Shown in pieces: positions 33,069 through 42,388 of a stretch of DNA of 48,015 nt. The DNA comes from Chitinispirillales bacterium (lineage in GTDB: Bacteria > Fibrobacterota > Chitinivibrionia > Chitinivibrionales > Chitinispirillaceae): assembly GCA_031286265.1 (NCBI GenBank), contig JAITUP010000132.1, forward strand, positions 1-48,015, in the 5' to 3' direction. Every line of letters starts with the position of its first letter. Position 1 is the first letter of the stretch. The translations under genes were made by a program, and so were the position numbers. The notes under the pieces are model-generated. The model did no database searches and was not told the DNA's origin. It saw nothing but the letters and a program-made list of their open reading frames with translations.

Positions 33069-33983
33069 ATGGCGAAAATATCACCCGCAAAACGCAAAAC
33101 TTCCGTGAGGCCCGCCGCCAAAGAAGCAAAATCGCCCAAACCGCGCAATAAGTGGACTAGGGTTTTTGTCAACGTAATGACTCACCTGCTTGCCAATTAT
33201 GAAGTTGATATTATCCCCGAATACGAGCTCTACAAGGATCCAATGCGAATTGATGTTGTTGTTATCAAACTTTTGAAAAATGTCGTCATCGACAACACGG
33301 TAATGCGTTTTTTTAGAAAGCACAATATCGTCGAGTTCAAAGGCCCTACCGATACTCTGAACATAAAAGCGTTCGACAGGGTTTTGAGCTATTTTTATGC
33401 CTACTTGTCCAAAAACTCAACACCGTTCAATGAGGCTACAATAACATTCGTCACCGTCAGACGACCAGAAAAATTGTTAGGAATATTGGAAAGGGAGCGA
33501 GAATACAAAATAATCGCATCGGATCAATCTGGAATCTATTATATTGCTACAGGAGCGCAGATTGGCGGCATTCCGGCGATGCAGCTGGTAATAAGCAGCG
33601 AGCTAAGCGCCGAAGATGCCGAGTTGATAAAGGCTATAAGAAACGATTGGACGCTGGAATATGGTATCGAATTATTAGGGAAAATTGAGGATGCTCATAT
33701 TGATCCTCAATTGCGAGAAATACTTTTTTCACTTGGCTCCGCCAATAACCATATTTTGGAAAGGGATATGGACATGACTGCAGAAGAAAAGAGGTTTAAG
33801 AAGCTTATCGATGATTGGGCTGTCACTACCGGTCTTACCGAGAAGTGGAAGCAGGAAGCTTGGCTGGAAGGCATTGAAGAGGAACGAAAGAAAAATGCCA
33901 AAGCTATGAAAACCGAAGGGATAGACGTGAACACCATAGCCAAAATTACAGGGCTAACGGTCAACGCCATCAAGCAAATGTAG
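33069..33983 (+). CDS. Rpn-family recombination-promoting nuclease / putative transposase (PD-(D/E)XK)
   Basis: 304 aa. RIDVVVIKL...NIVEFKGP nuclease-core pattern and a C-terminal helical region ending ...IAKITGLTVNAIKQM, typical of this family as I recall it. Confidence 0.6.
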   Translation: MAKISPAKRKTSVRPAAKEAKSPKPRNKWTRVFVNVMTHLLANYEVDIIPEYELYKDPMRIDVVVIKLLKNVVIDNTVMRFFRKHNIVEFKGPTDTLNIKAFDRVLSYFYAYLSKNSTPFNEATITFVTVRRPEKLLGILEREREYKIIASDQSGIYYIATGAQIGGIPAMQLVISSELSAEDAELIKAIRNDWTLEYGIELLGKIEDAHIDPQLREILFSLGSANNHILERDMDMTAEEKRFKKLIDDWAVTTGLTEKWKQEAWLEGIEEERKKNAKAMKTEGIDVNTIAKITGLTVNAIKQM

Positions 33984-34044
33984 CGGAGGCTGTCTGATTC
34001 ACCCCGCTCCGAGGGTAAAATATCTTTTGAAATTGACGTTGAAT

Positions 34045-36741
34045 TTATTTCAAATTCTCCAACGCTTTTTCCGTCTTCTCCAAATTAACAAGAATCCCTT
34101 GGTATTTCTCCCGTTCTTTTTCTACTACGTCTGCCGGGGCCCGGGATATGAAATTTTCGCTTTCTAATTTTGATTTTGCGGCGGCGGCCATTGATTTCAA
34201 CCGCGCGGTTTCTTTTGTCAATCGCTCGGTTTCTACCTTTTTGTCGATCAGCCCCTCCAAAATCAAGAACAGTTGGTTGCCTCTAACCACTGCCGATCCG
34301 GCGAACGCCGGCTTTTGCGCGTTTTCGTCTACGGTTGTTTCAGACAGCTTGGCGAAGAGGTTTATTGTCGCCGTTTGTGACGCGAGCCAACCGGCGGCGT
34401 CTTTGTTTGCGGGGATAATTAGCGCGGTTCCTGTTTTGTCGGGCGGGATGTTGTTTTCGGAACGGATAGTGCGTAGCGCGATAATGCAGTTTTTTAGCAG
34501 TTCGAAATTACCCTCAGTCAACTCATCAATCAGCGACGGATCGGGTTTCGGATATTCCGCGAACATAATCGAATCGAAACCGGCGGCGCTGCCGGATACC
34601 GTTTTTTCGCGCAGATGGCCCCAGATCTCTTCAGTAATGAACGGCATGATAGGGTGCAACAGTTTTAAAATAGACGCGAGTACGTATCCGCATAGTGACA
34701 GCGCGTCGGTTTTAAGTTGCGGGTCGCCGTCTTGATACATGTCCGCCTTTTTCGCTTCGATGTACCAGTCGCAGAACTCATGCCACGTAAAATCGTAAAT
34801 TATGTGGCAGGCCTCGTTGAACCGGTAGGCGTTTATCGCATCGTCCATGTTTTTGACGACGTGTTGCAATTTTGACAGTATCCATTTGTCTTCGGATTTC
34901 AATCTGCCAATCGGTAGTTCCGGCGTAAGCGCTCGGCAGCCTGCCGTTTCCGCGGGATTGCCGGTATCGCCGCTTGCATTTTTGATGTTGCTCAATAAGA
35001 AGCGGGAAGCATTCCATAGTTTGTTTGCGAAATTTCTCCCAATGTCAAACGTGTCTTTGCCGAGGAATACGTCGGAACCCTGCGCCGTGATCATTATCAT
35101 TGAGAACCGTAGCGCGTCGGTGCCATACGCGGCGATAATCTCAAGCGGGTCGATGATGTTGCCGAGCGATTTACTCATTTTTCGGCCTGTTTTATCGCGT
35201 ACCGTCCCGTGCAAAATAATATCGGTAAACGGGAGTTTGCCGACAAAGTGATAGCCGGCCATAATCATCCGCGCTACCCAGAAAAAGATGATTTCAGGGG
35301 CTGTGGCCAGCGTATCGGTCGGGTAAAATTTTTTCATAAACTCGTTGTCTTCGGGCCAGCCCATAGTAGAGAACGGCCAAAGCCACGATGAAAACCATGT
35401 GTCGAGGACATCGGGGTCTTGAGTTAAATTTGCCGATTGGCATTTTGGGCATTTTGCGGGCGTTTCTTCGGCAACTATGATTTCGCCGCAGTTGCAATAC
35501 CACGCCGGTATTTGATGCCCCCACCAGATTTGCCGCGATATGCACCAGTCACGGATGTTCTCCATCCAGTCGACGTATGTTTTCTTCCAGCGGGCCGGGA
35601 AAAATTTTATCTCATCGTTTACCGCCGCCGCAAGCGCGGGGGCGGCGAGGGGTTTCATTTTGACGAACCACTGATCGGAATAGTAAGGTTCAACGACGGT
35701 GTCGCAGCGGTAGCAATGGCCTACCGAGTGGGCGTGGTCGTCGATTTTTTCCACAAGCCCGGCGGCAGCCAGGTCTTCGATAATCACTTTACGGCATTCG
35801 AATCGATCCATCCCTATATATTTTTCGGGAATGCCGCCTGTCATTACGGCGCCCTCGTCCATCACTACGACCGGCTCAAGATTATGCCGCAGGCCCATTT
35901 GAAAATCGTTGGGATCGTGCGCGGGCGTTACCTTGACCGCCCCCGTGCCGAACTCCCTGTCAACAAATCCGTCTTCAATAAAAGGGATGGCGCGCCCCGT
36001 TAGCGGCAAGACAATTTTTTTATGCTTGACATCGCGGTAGCGGTCGTCTGCCGGATTGACGGCCACGGCGACGTCGCCGAGCATTGTTTCCGGGCGCGTT
36101 GTGGCGACCGACACGTGGCCGCTTCCGTCTTCGTAGGGATATTTCAGATGATAGAGTTTTCCGTTCAGTTCCTTGTGCTCCGCTTCTTCGTCCGACAGCG
36201 CGGTGCGGCAACGCGGGCACCAGTTGATGATGTATTTCCCTTTGTAAATCAACTTATCGTTGTATAGCCGGACGAACACCTTACGGACGGCTTCCGACAG
36301 CCCCTCGTCCATTGTAAATCTCTCTCTGCTCCAGTCGCACGACGATCCCAGTTTTTTGAGCTGGGTGGTAATTGTGGCGTGGTATTCTTCTTTCCACTTC
36401 CACACCTCGCCCACAAACGCCTCACGCCCCATATCGTGCCGGTTTTTTCCATCTTTCGCCAACCGGCGCTCCACGACGTTCTGCGTGGCGATGCCCGCGT
36501 GATCGGTACCCGGCATCCACATCACTTCAAAACCGCTCATCCTTTTGTGGCGGATGATGATGTCTTGAATGGTGTTGTTGAGCGCGTGTCCCATGTGTAG
36601 CACACCAGTGACGTTTGGCGGCGGTATTACGATGGAGTATTTTTCTTTTTCAGACGTTTCATCGGCGCGGAAGTATCCTTGCTCCATCCAGTGGGCGTAG
36701 AGACGCTCTTCAACGATTGACGGGTTATATTGTTTTTCCAT
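34045..36741 (-). CDS. valS: Valine--tRNA ligase
   Basis: PPPNVTGVLHMGHALN (HIGH) and KMSKSLGN motifs plus a C-terminal coiled coil. Start at ATG 36741 (MEKQYNPSIVEE) with GGAGG upstream. The track ORF reaches 36813. Confidence 0.95.
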   Translation of the reverse strand: MEKQYNPSIVEERLYAHWMEQGYFRADETSEKEKYSIVIPPPNVTGVLHMGHALNNTIQDIIIRHKRMSGFEVMWMPGTDHAGIATQNVVERRLAKDGKNRHDMGREAFVGEVWKWKEEYHATITTQLKKLGSSCDWSRERFTMDEGLSEAVRKVFVRLYNDKLIYKGKYIINWCPRCRTALSDEEAEHKELNGKLYHLKYPYEDGSGHVSVATTRPETMLGDVAVAVNPADDRYRDVKHKKIVLPLTGRAIPFIEDGFVDREFGTGAVKVTPAHDPNDFQMGLRHNLEPVVVMDEGAVMTGGIPEKYIGMDRFECRKVIIEDLAAAGLVEKIDDHAHSVGHCYRCDTVVEPYYSDQWFVKMKPLAAPALAAAVNDEIKFFPARWKKTYVDWMENIRDWCISRQIWWGHQIPAWYCNCGEIIVAEETPAKCPKCQSANLTQDPDVLDTWFSSWLWPFSTMGWPEDNEFMKKFYPTDTLATAPEIIFFWVARMIMAGYHFVGKLPFTDIILHGTVRDKTGRKMSKSLGNIIDPLEIIAAYGTDALRFSMIMITAQGSDVFLGKDTFDIGRNFANKLWNASRFLLSNIKNASGDTGNPAETAGCRALTPELPIGRLKSEDKWILSKLQHVVKNMDDAINAYRFNEACHIIYDFTWHEFCDWYIEAKKADMYQDGDPQLKTDALSLCGYVLASILKLLHPIMPFITEEIWGHLREKTVSGSAAGFDSIMFAEYPKPDPSLIDELTEGNFELLKNCIIALRTIRSENNIPPDKTGTALIIPANKDAAGWLASQTATINLFAKLSETTVDENAQKPAFAGSAVVRGNQLFLILEGLIDKKVETERLTKETARLKSMAAAAKSKLESENFISRAPADVVEKEREKYQGILVNLEKTEKALENLK

Positions 36742-36756
36742 ATAATTTGCGGCCTC

Positions 36757-36784
36757 CGTGATATATTTTACGTGATATATTTTA
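36757..36784. repeat. Exact 14-nt tandem direct repeat (CGTGATATATTTTA x2)
   Basis: 36757-36770 is identical to 36771-36784. Located in the divergent valS/lipoprotein intergenic region, abutting the valS RBS. Confidence 0.9.
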
Positions 36785-36846
36785 TTATCAATGGATGAAT
36801 AGCATTGCGACAATCATATAATATAAATCAGGGCAAAGCGCGGTTG

Positions 36847-38082
36847 ATGAAAACAAAATTTATCGGGGCGATTATCGTGGCAGCGTTTTTGGCCGCGTTG
36901 ATGTTTTCCTGCGCCAACCAGTCCGCGCCGGGCGGCGGGCCGATAGACACGGAGCCGCCGGAGATGGCCGCGTCGTCGCCGGAAGACGGGCAGGTCAATG
37001 TCGATTTGCGGGCAAGAATCAATATCACGTTTTCGGAGTGGATAAACCTCGCAAATGCCCGCCGCGCGGTAGCGGTGTATCCGAGGCTGCCGCAAGGGAT
37101 AACGGTCAGGACTGCCAGAAACAGGATAACAATCATTCCAAACGAGCCGCTCAAAGAGAATACGACATACCACATAGTGATTGGTACGGCGCTAAGCGAT
37201 TTGCGCGGCAACGCCATTACGCAGCCGATAAACATCATCTTTTCCACCGGCGCCGAACTTGACAGCGGCCGGCTTTACGGGAGGGTCGTTCCGCTTGAAC
37301 GCCTCACGGCGCTCCCGCGGGTCGGGCTATATTTTGAAGACGAAGAATGGGAAAACGCGAGATATTTCGCCGCGCCCGATTACATGACCCACACCGACAG
37401 CGCCGGCGCGTTCACCTTTTCGCATCTGCGGGAAGGGCGGTACCGGATAGTCGCGTTTGTCGATCAATACCGGATAGGGCGGCTGCACATGAGGGACACG
37501 TGCTTTACGTCGTTGGAAAAAACTATTACGGTCACAAGAGAAGCGCAAACGATACGTCTCTATCCGGCGCTTAGCGATACGGTCGTCGCGGTAGATACAT
37601 CGGTTGTCGATACGTTGGAAGCCGATGTGTCTATAGTTGATACGCTGGAAACGGATGTGTCAATAACCGACACATTAGAAATAGATACATCAATTATCGA
37701 TACGTTAAAATTAGACACGTTGGAACTGAAGCCCGATACGTCGGATTTGGACACGCTTAACCAAAACGACAATATCTGCCCTCTCTTAAGCGGCCGCGCG
37801 GCCTGCCTTGAACCGAACGACAGGCGTAAGTGGATGTTCCGCCCTCAAAATCAAACGGAGGGTTTTGTTGTACCGGACAGCGCGGGAACATTCACATTCG
37901 TCAACATCCCCGCCTCTAAAGGAACGCTCCTGTGGTTTATTGACAACGACGGCGACGATCAAATAACCTTTGGCCGCTTGGCCCCGTGGCGCCCGCCCGA
38001 ACAATTTTTCATTGTCCCCGGCATGATAGAAGCAAAGGCTCGGTGGGAGATAGTTGACTTGGAGGTGGAGGGCTGTGAGTGA
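36847..38082 (+). CDS. Lipoprotein with N-terminal Ig-like (SbsA/Big_5-like) domain
   Basis: Lipobox AALMFSC at the N-terminus, then PPEMAASSPEDGQVNVDLRARINITFSEWI typical of Big_5-type Ig domains. Start at ATG 36847. The track ORF starts at 36805. Confidence 0.7.
   Translation: MKTKFIGAIIVAAFLAALMFSCANQSAPGGGPIDTEPPEMAASSPEDGQVNVDLRARINITFSEWINLANARRAVAVYPRLPQGITVRTARNRITIIPNEPLKENTTYHIVIGTALSDLRGNAITQPINIIFSTGAELDSGRLYGRVVPLERLTALPRVGLYFEDEEWENARYFAAPDYMTHTDSAGAFTFSHLREGRYRIVAFVDQYRIGRLHMRDTCFTSLEKTITVTREAQTIRLYPALSDTVVAVDTSVVDTLEADVSIVDTLETDVSITDTLEIDTSIIDTLKLDTLELKPDTSDLDTLNQNDNICPLLSGRAACLEPNDRRKWMFRPQNQTEGFVVPDSAGTFTFVNIPASKGTLLWFIDNDGDDQITFGRLAPWRPPEQFFIVPGMIEAKARWEIVDLEVEGCE
37591..37710 (+). 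repeat. In-frame 30-nt tandem repeat x4 (xD[TV]S[VI]xDTLE)
   Basis: VDTSVVDTLE/ADVSIVDTLE/TDVSITDTLE/IDTSIIDTLK, with degenerate continuation to about 37760. Confidence 0.85.
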
Positions 38083-38515
38083 AAATTTTTTGAACGCTTA
38101 TCGTTTCACCCGACAAACGCGCCGTGAATTAGCCGAATGGCTCCCCGAAATCGCCTATCGGGAAAACATTTCTGTGGATGATGTTATAAACAGTGAAGCC
38201 ATTCAGTCGATATTACGTGATGAAAAATTAAACGCTCCCCAAAAACACAAAAAAATCCGTGATATCTTGTATAGAATGCGTTTCCCGGAGTTTTCTAAAT
38301 TACAGGATAGCTGGAAAAAAAACGCCGCCGCCGCCAACCCGGCCCCGTCAAGGATACAATTCACACCATCTCCTAATTTTGAGAAAAAAAAGTTGGAAAT
38401 TAAGCTGACGATAGAAAATGCGGATGAAGCACGGGAATTATTGGCATTATTGTTGAAGATAGACCCTCAGATTTGGGATGATTTATTGTTGCCCAAAAAA
38501 TATTTTGAAAATTAA
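38054..38515 (+). CDS. Hypothetical protein
   Basis: 153-aa ORF overlapping the end of the lipoprotein gene. No recognisable motif. The start is uncertain (in-frame GTG at 38075). Confidence 0.45.
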   Translation: MTWRWRAVSENFLNAYRFTRQTRRELAEWLPEIAYRENISVDDVINSEAIQSILRDEKLNAPQKHKKIRDILYRMRFPEFSKLQDSWKKNAAAANPAPSRIQFTPSPNFEKKKLEIKLTIENADEARELLALLLKIDPQIWDDLLLPKKYFEN

Positions 38516-38525
38516 AAAAAAAATG

Positions 38526-38554
38526 TTGCATTATTGCGTACACATTGTTATCTT
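38526..38554 (+). promoter_or_regulatory. Sigma70-like promoter candidate (TTGCAT-N17-TATCTT) for the V-ATPase operon
   Basis: -35 at 38526-38531 and -10 at 38549-38554, about 120 nt upstream of the subunit E ATG. Confidence 0.35.
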
Positions 38555-38674
38555 TAAATTTTGGGGGCGCTACCGGACCCCCTACGGCATTTTAGAGTTT
38601 GATACATTAGTACTTATATTTTCAATAATGTGGTATTTTACAGCAAAAACCATATATTATTAGGGGAAAACCAA

Positions 38675-39289
38675 ATGGATCAGAAGATTCAGGAGCTTAC
38701 GAAGAAGATCTTTGAGGAAGGCGTTGAGAAGGGCGACGCCAAGGCCAAGGAGATAGTCGCCGCCGCCGAGGGGAAGGCGGAGCAGATCGTTAAGGACGCC
38801 AGGGTGGAGGCCGAGAAGGTTGTCGCCGATGCCAAAAAACAGGCCGAAGACCTGAAGCGCAACACCGAATCGGAGCTTAAGTTGTCGGGTTCGCAGGCGA
38901 TAGCCGCCATAAAAAACAGGATCGTCGACCTCGTTACCGCCAAGGTTATGGACGACGCGTCGGTTAAGGCTCTTTCCGACCCCGCGGTACTCAAGGATTT
39001 TGTGTCCGTCGTCATTTCCAACTGGAAAATGTCCGAGGGCGAGGCCCCGAATTTTGAGGCGCTTCTGCCTGCCGCCAAGCAGGACGAGCTCGCCAACAGT
39101 TTCGCGAGCGGCGCGTCGGCGGCGCTTTCGGGTGGCCTGCAGGTCGCTTTTTCCAAGGATATCAAGGCCGGTTTCAGGATTGGCCCGGCGGGCGGCGCGT
39201 TCAAAATAAGCCTCACTGACGAGGATTTTAATGAGTTCTTTAAGGAATATTTGCGTCCTAGAACCCGTGCGTACCTTTTCGGCGAATAA
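38675..39289 (+). CDS. atpE: V-type ATPase subunit E
   Basis: 204 aa with a long K/E/A-rich N-terminal helix and a globular C-terminus. First gene of the V-ATPase cluster. Start at ATG 38675. The track ORF starts at 38630. Confidence 0.75.
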   Translation: MDQKIQELTKKIFEEGVEKGDAKAKEIVAAAEGKAEQIVKDARVEAEKVVADAKKQAEDLKRNTESELKLSGSQAIAAIKNRIVDLVTAKVMDDASVKALSDPAVLKDFVSVVISNWKMSEGEAPNFEALLPAAKQDELANSFASGASAALSGGLQVAFSKDIKAGFRIGPAGGAFKISLTDEDFNEFFKEYLRPRTRAYLFGE

Positions 39290-39301
39290 GAGAAGAAACT
39301 G

Positions 39302-40150
39302 ATGGCGCGTAACTACTACTACTTAGTAAGCAGTCTGCCCGACCTGCTCATCGACGACAGCAAGAACGTCCCGGCGTTTCGCACCGTCGTAGGCGAGGTG
39401 ATGGATGAGCTTTCGACGGAAGACCGCGAGTTCGTGAGCGCGATGATGCGGCCGGTAGATAACCGTAATCTCGTCAATATGCTCGAACAAAACAGCGAAG
39501 AATTCGATGATCGCGGCAACTATTCCCGCGAAGAACTGGCCGCCGCCGTCAGAATGCCGGGCGATTTGCCGGAATACATGCAGGTATTCATGTCAGCGCA
39601 CAAAGAAAGCCGTCAACTGTTCCCGGGTCTCTCCGCACTCGACCAGCTAACGTGGCTGTTTTACGACGCAATGGCCGAATCCGGCAATGACTTCTCCAGA
39701 AACTGGTTTGAGTTTGACGCCAACCTGCGGAATGTGGCAGTCGGTATCAATATAAGGAAAGAACTGGGCCACATAGAGGCCCTTGCCACCGACCGCGACC
39801 GCCCCGCCGCTCTGACGGTAGTAGGCCGCGGCGACGCCGCCGAGGCCGTACTGCGTTCCACCGCGCCGGATTTCGGCTTGGCCAGCTCGTTGCCTTGGGT
39901 GGAAAAGGTCAACGCGCTGAGCAAGGGTGGGCTAACGGATATGGAAAAAGGCCTGGACGAACTCCGCTGGGGCATGCTCGACGAGCTTTCCCCGTTAGAC
40001 TATTTTCAAGCGGAAACGGTAGCCGTGTTCATGGTAAAATTGCAAATAGTCTACAGATGGCTAAAATTAGACCCGGTAACAGGCCGGGAAAAATTAGATA
40101 AATTAGTAAGTGAGTTGATGGAAAGTTTTGTTATGCCGGAAGGTTTTTGA
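39302..40150 (+). CDS. DUF2764-family protein (V-ATPase subunit C/d analogue of Bacteroidota-type operons)
   Basis: N-terminus MARNYYYLVSSLPDL, about 280 aa, positioned between subunits E and A. Confidence 0.65.
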   Translation: MARNYYYLVSSLPDLLIDDSKNVPAFRTVVGEVMDELSTEDREFVSAMMRPVDNRNLVNMLEQNSEEFDDRGNYSREELAAAVRMPGDLPEYMQVFMSAHKESRQLFPGLSALDQLTWLFYDAMAESGNDFSRNWFEFDANLRNVAVGINIRKELGHIEALATDRDRPAALTVVGRGDAAEAVLRSTAPDFGLASSLPWVEKVNALSKGGLTDMEKGLDELRWGMLDELSPLDYFQAETVAVFMVKLQIVYRWLKLDPVTGREKLDKLVSELMESFVMPEGF

Positions 40151-40183
40151 TAGATACATTTATGTTTAGGGAGATTGTGTTTT

Positions 40184-40513
40184 ATGGCAGTCAAAGCATT
40201 GACTCTTATGGCTATCATTTTGACCATGCTCATGGGTGGCTGTGTCGCAAATAAAATGATGGTGAGGGCTATAGAGGTCACCGAAGGGCGGGCCCCATTT
40301 GACATGGAATGCGATGATGTTACAAGTCAGTTGTTGGGTGATGCGACTTATCCTGGGACAGACATACTGGAGGTGAATATCGGTGTTACCGGGTGTGGCA
40401 GGAGAGCATCGTACTTTACGAGATGTACACTCGGTAATTTGGGGGCTATTGTATGTACGCCTCATCTGAATAGTATTACAGGTGGTAAATCACTTACCAC
40501 CACTGAAGAATAG
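40184..40513 (+). CDS. Small lipoprotein (hypothetical) inserted in the V-ATPase operon
   Basis: MAVKALTLMAIILTMLMGGC lipobox, AGGGAG upstream of ATG 40184, visibly lower GC than its neighbours. The track ORF starts at TTG 40175. Confidence 0.55.
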   Translation: MAVKALTLMAIILTMLMGGCVANKMMVRAIEVTEGRAPFDMECDDVTSQLLGDATYPGTDILEVNIGVTGCGRRASYFTRCTLGNLGAIVCTPHLNSITGGKSLTTTEE

Positions 40514-40582
40514 GTATTGCTGATGTTATGATAACGTTAATTAAAATTTGTGAATAACGGATAAACGGAGGAAAACGAAAAC

Positions 40583-42367
40583 ATGAGCACCAAGGGAAAA
40601 GTAACGGGAATCATCGCGAACCTCGTTACCATCGAGGTTGACGGCCCGGTCGCCCAAAACGAGATCTGCCACATCGATCTCAAAGGCATCAAGCTAATGG
40701 CCGAGGTGATCAAGATCAGCGGCAAAAATGCATACGTGCAGGTGTTTGAAAGCACGCGCGGGCTTTACGTCGGCTGCACGGCGGAGTTCACCGGGCACAT
40801 GCTCGAAGTGACGCTTGGCCCCGGCATGCTGTCTAAGAACTACGACGGCCTGCAGAGCGACTTGGACGCGATGGACGGCGTTTTCCTTAAGCGCGGCGAC
40901 TATACGCAGGCCTTGGATCAGTCCAAAAAATGGGGATTCACGCCTCTTGCCAAGGTTGGCGACACCGTGTCTGCGGCGGCGTGGCTCGGGACGGTCAAGG
41001 AGGGCTGGATTGATCACAGAATCATGGTGCCGTTCAGGCTTGAGGGCAACTATACCGTCAAGAGCATCGTGGGCGCCGGCGACTATACGGTCACAGAGAC
41101 CGTGGCGGTGCTGGCCGACGCGAACGGCAACGAACACAACGTGTCGATGTCTATGAAGTGGCCGGTGAAGGTGGAGGTGAAGGGCTACAAGAACAAGCCA
41201 CGCCCGTTCAAGATCATGGAGACGGGCATCCGTACCATCGATACGTTCAACCCGATTGCCGAGGGCGGGACCGGTTTTATCCCCGGGCCTTTCGGTTGCG
41301 GCAAGACGGTTCTCCAGCACGCGATTTCAAAGAACGCCGAGGCCGATTTGATTATCGTGGTGGCTTGCGGCGAGCGCGCCAACGAGGTTGTGGAGATTTT
41401 CACGGAGTTCCCGGCGCTCGACGACCCGCGCACGGGGCGCAAGCTGATTGAGCGGACCATTATTATATGTAATACGTCGAACATGCCCGTCGCCGCCCGT
41501 GAGGCGAGCGTTTACACGGGGATGACGATCGCGGAATATTATCGCATGATGGGCCTCAAGGTTTTGCTTCTCGCCGATTCGACCTCCCGCTGGGCGCAGG
41601 CGCTTCGCGAGATGTCTAACCGCATGGAAGAGTTGCCCGGCCCCGACGCGTTCCCAATGGACTTGCCGGCGGTCGTCGCGAACTTCTACTCGCGCGCCGG
41701 GTTTGTTTACTTGAATAACGGCGAGACGGGTTCTATCACGTTTATAGGTACGGTTAGCCCTGCCGGCGGTAACTTGAAAGAGCCTGTTACGGAGTCTACG
41801 AAAAAGGCCGCGAGGTGTTTCTTCGCGCTGTCGCAAAACCGTGCCGACTCGAAGCGTTACCCGGCGGTCGATCCGATTGACAGTTATTCCAAATATCTTG
41901 AATACGACGAGGTGATAGAATACCTCGGCAAGGTTATTGAGCCGGAGTGGGTGAACAAGGTTCTAACCCTGAAAGACATACTCCTGCGCGGTACGGAAGC
42001 GCGCGGCCAGATTAACATTTTGGGCGACGACAGCGTTCCGCTTGATTACCACATTCTGTACAACAAGGCGGAGGTCATAGACTTTGTGATTCTTCAGCAG
42101 GACGCGTTTGACAAGACGGACTGTTCGACGCCGCTTGACCGCCAGCAGCATGTGGTCAACACGGTGCTCGACATCTGTAACGCGAAGTTTGTTTTTGACG
42201 GCTTTGAGGAGATCGGTATCTACTTCAAGCGGTTGATAAACCATTTGCGTCAGATGAACTATCAAACTTTCAAGAGCGATAAATTCAACGAACTCGAGCG
42301 GCAGCTCAAAGACCTGCTGGCGGAACGAGTATCGGAAACCCAGGCCCAGGCGGCGCAGGCGTCGTAG
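40583..42367 (+). CDS. atpA: V-type ATPase catalytic subunit A
   Basis: 594 aa, Walker A GPFGCGKTV, with the non-homologous-region insert typical of A subunits. Confidence 0.95.
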   Translation: MSTKGKVTGIIANLVTIEVDGPVAQNEICHIDLKGIKLMAEVIKISGKNAYVQVFESTRGLYVGCTAEFTGHMLEVTLGPGMLSKNYDGLQSDLDAMDGVFLKRGDYTQALDQSKKWGFTPLAKVGDTVSAAAWLGTVKEGWIDHRIMVPFRLEGNYTVKSIVGAGDYTVTETVAVLADANGNEHNVSMSMKWPVKVEVKGYKNKPRPFKIMETGIRTIDTFNPIAEGGTGFIPGPFGCGKTVLQHAISKNAEADLIIVVACGERANEVVEIFTEFPALDDPRTGRKLIERTIIICNTSNMPVAAREASVYTGMTIAEYYRMMGLKVLLLADSTSRWAQALREMSNRMEELPGPDAFPMDLPAVVANFYSRAGFVYLNNGETGSITFIGTVSPAGGNLKEPVTESTKKAARCFFALSQNRADSKRYPAVDPIDSYSKYLEYDEVIEYLGKVIEPEWVNKVLTLKDILLRGTEARGQINILGDDSVPLDYHILYNKAEVIDFVILQQDAFDKTDCSTPLDRQQHVVNTVLDICNAKFVFDGFEEIGIYFKRLINHLRQMNYQTFKSDKFNELERQLKDLLAERVSETQAQAAQAS

Positions 42368-42388
42368 AGCGCGAGGAGACAAAAACAG

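Noticed and set aside
40166-40465. 99-aa minus-strand ORF opposite the small lipoprotein gene
   Set aside because: The plus-strand ORF is co-oriented with the operon and has an RBS and a lipobox. The minus ORF has neither.
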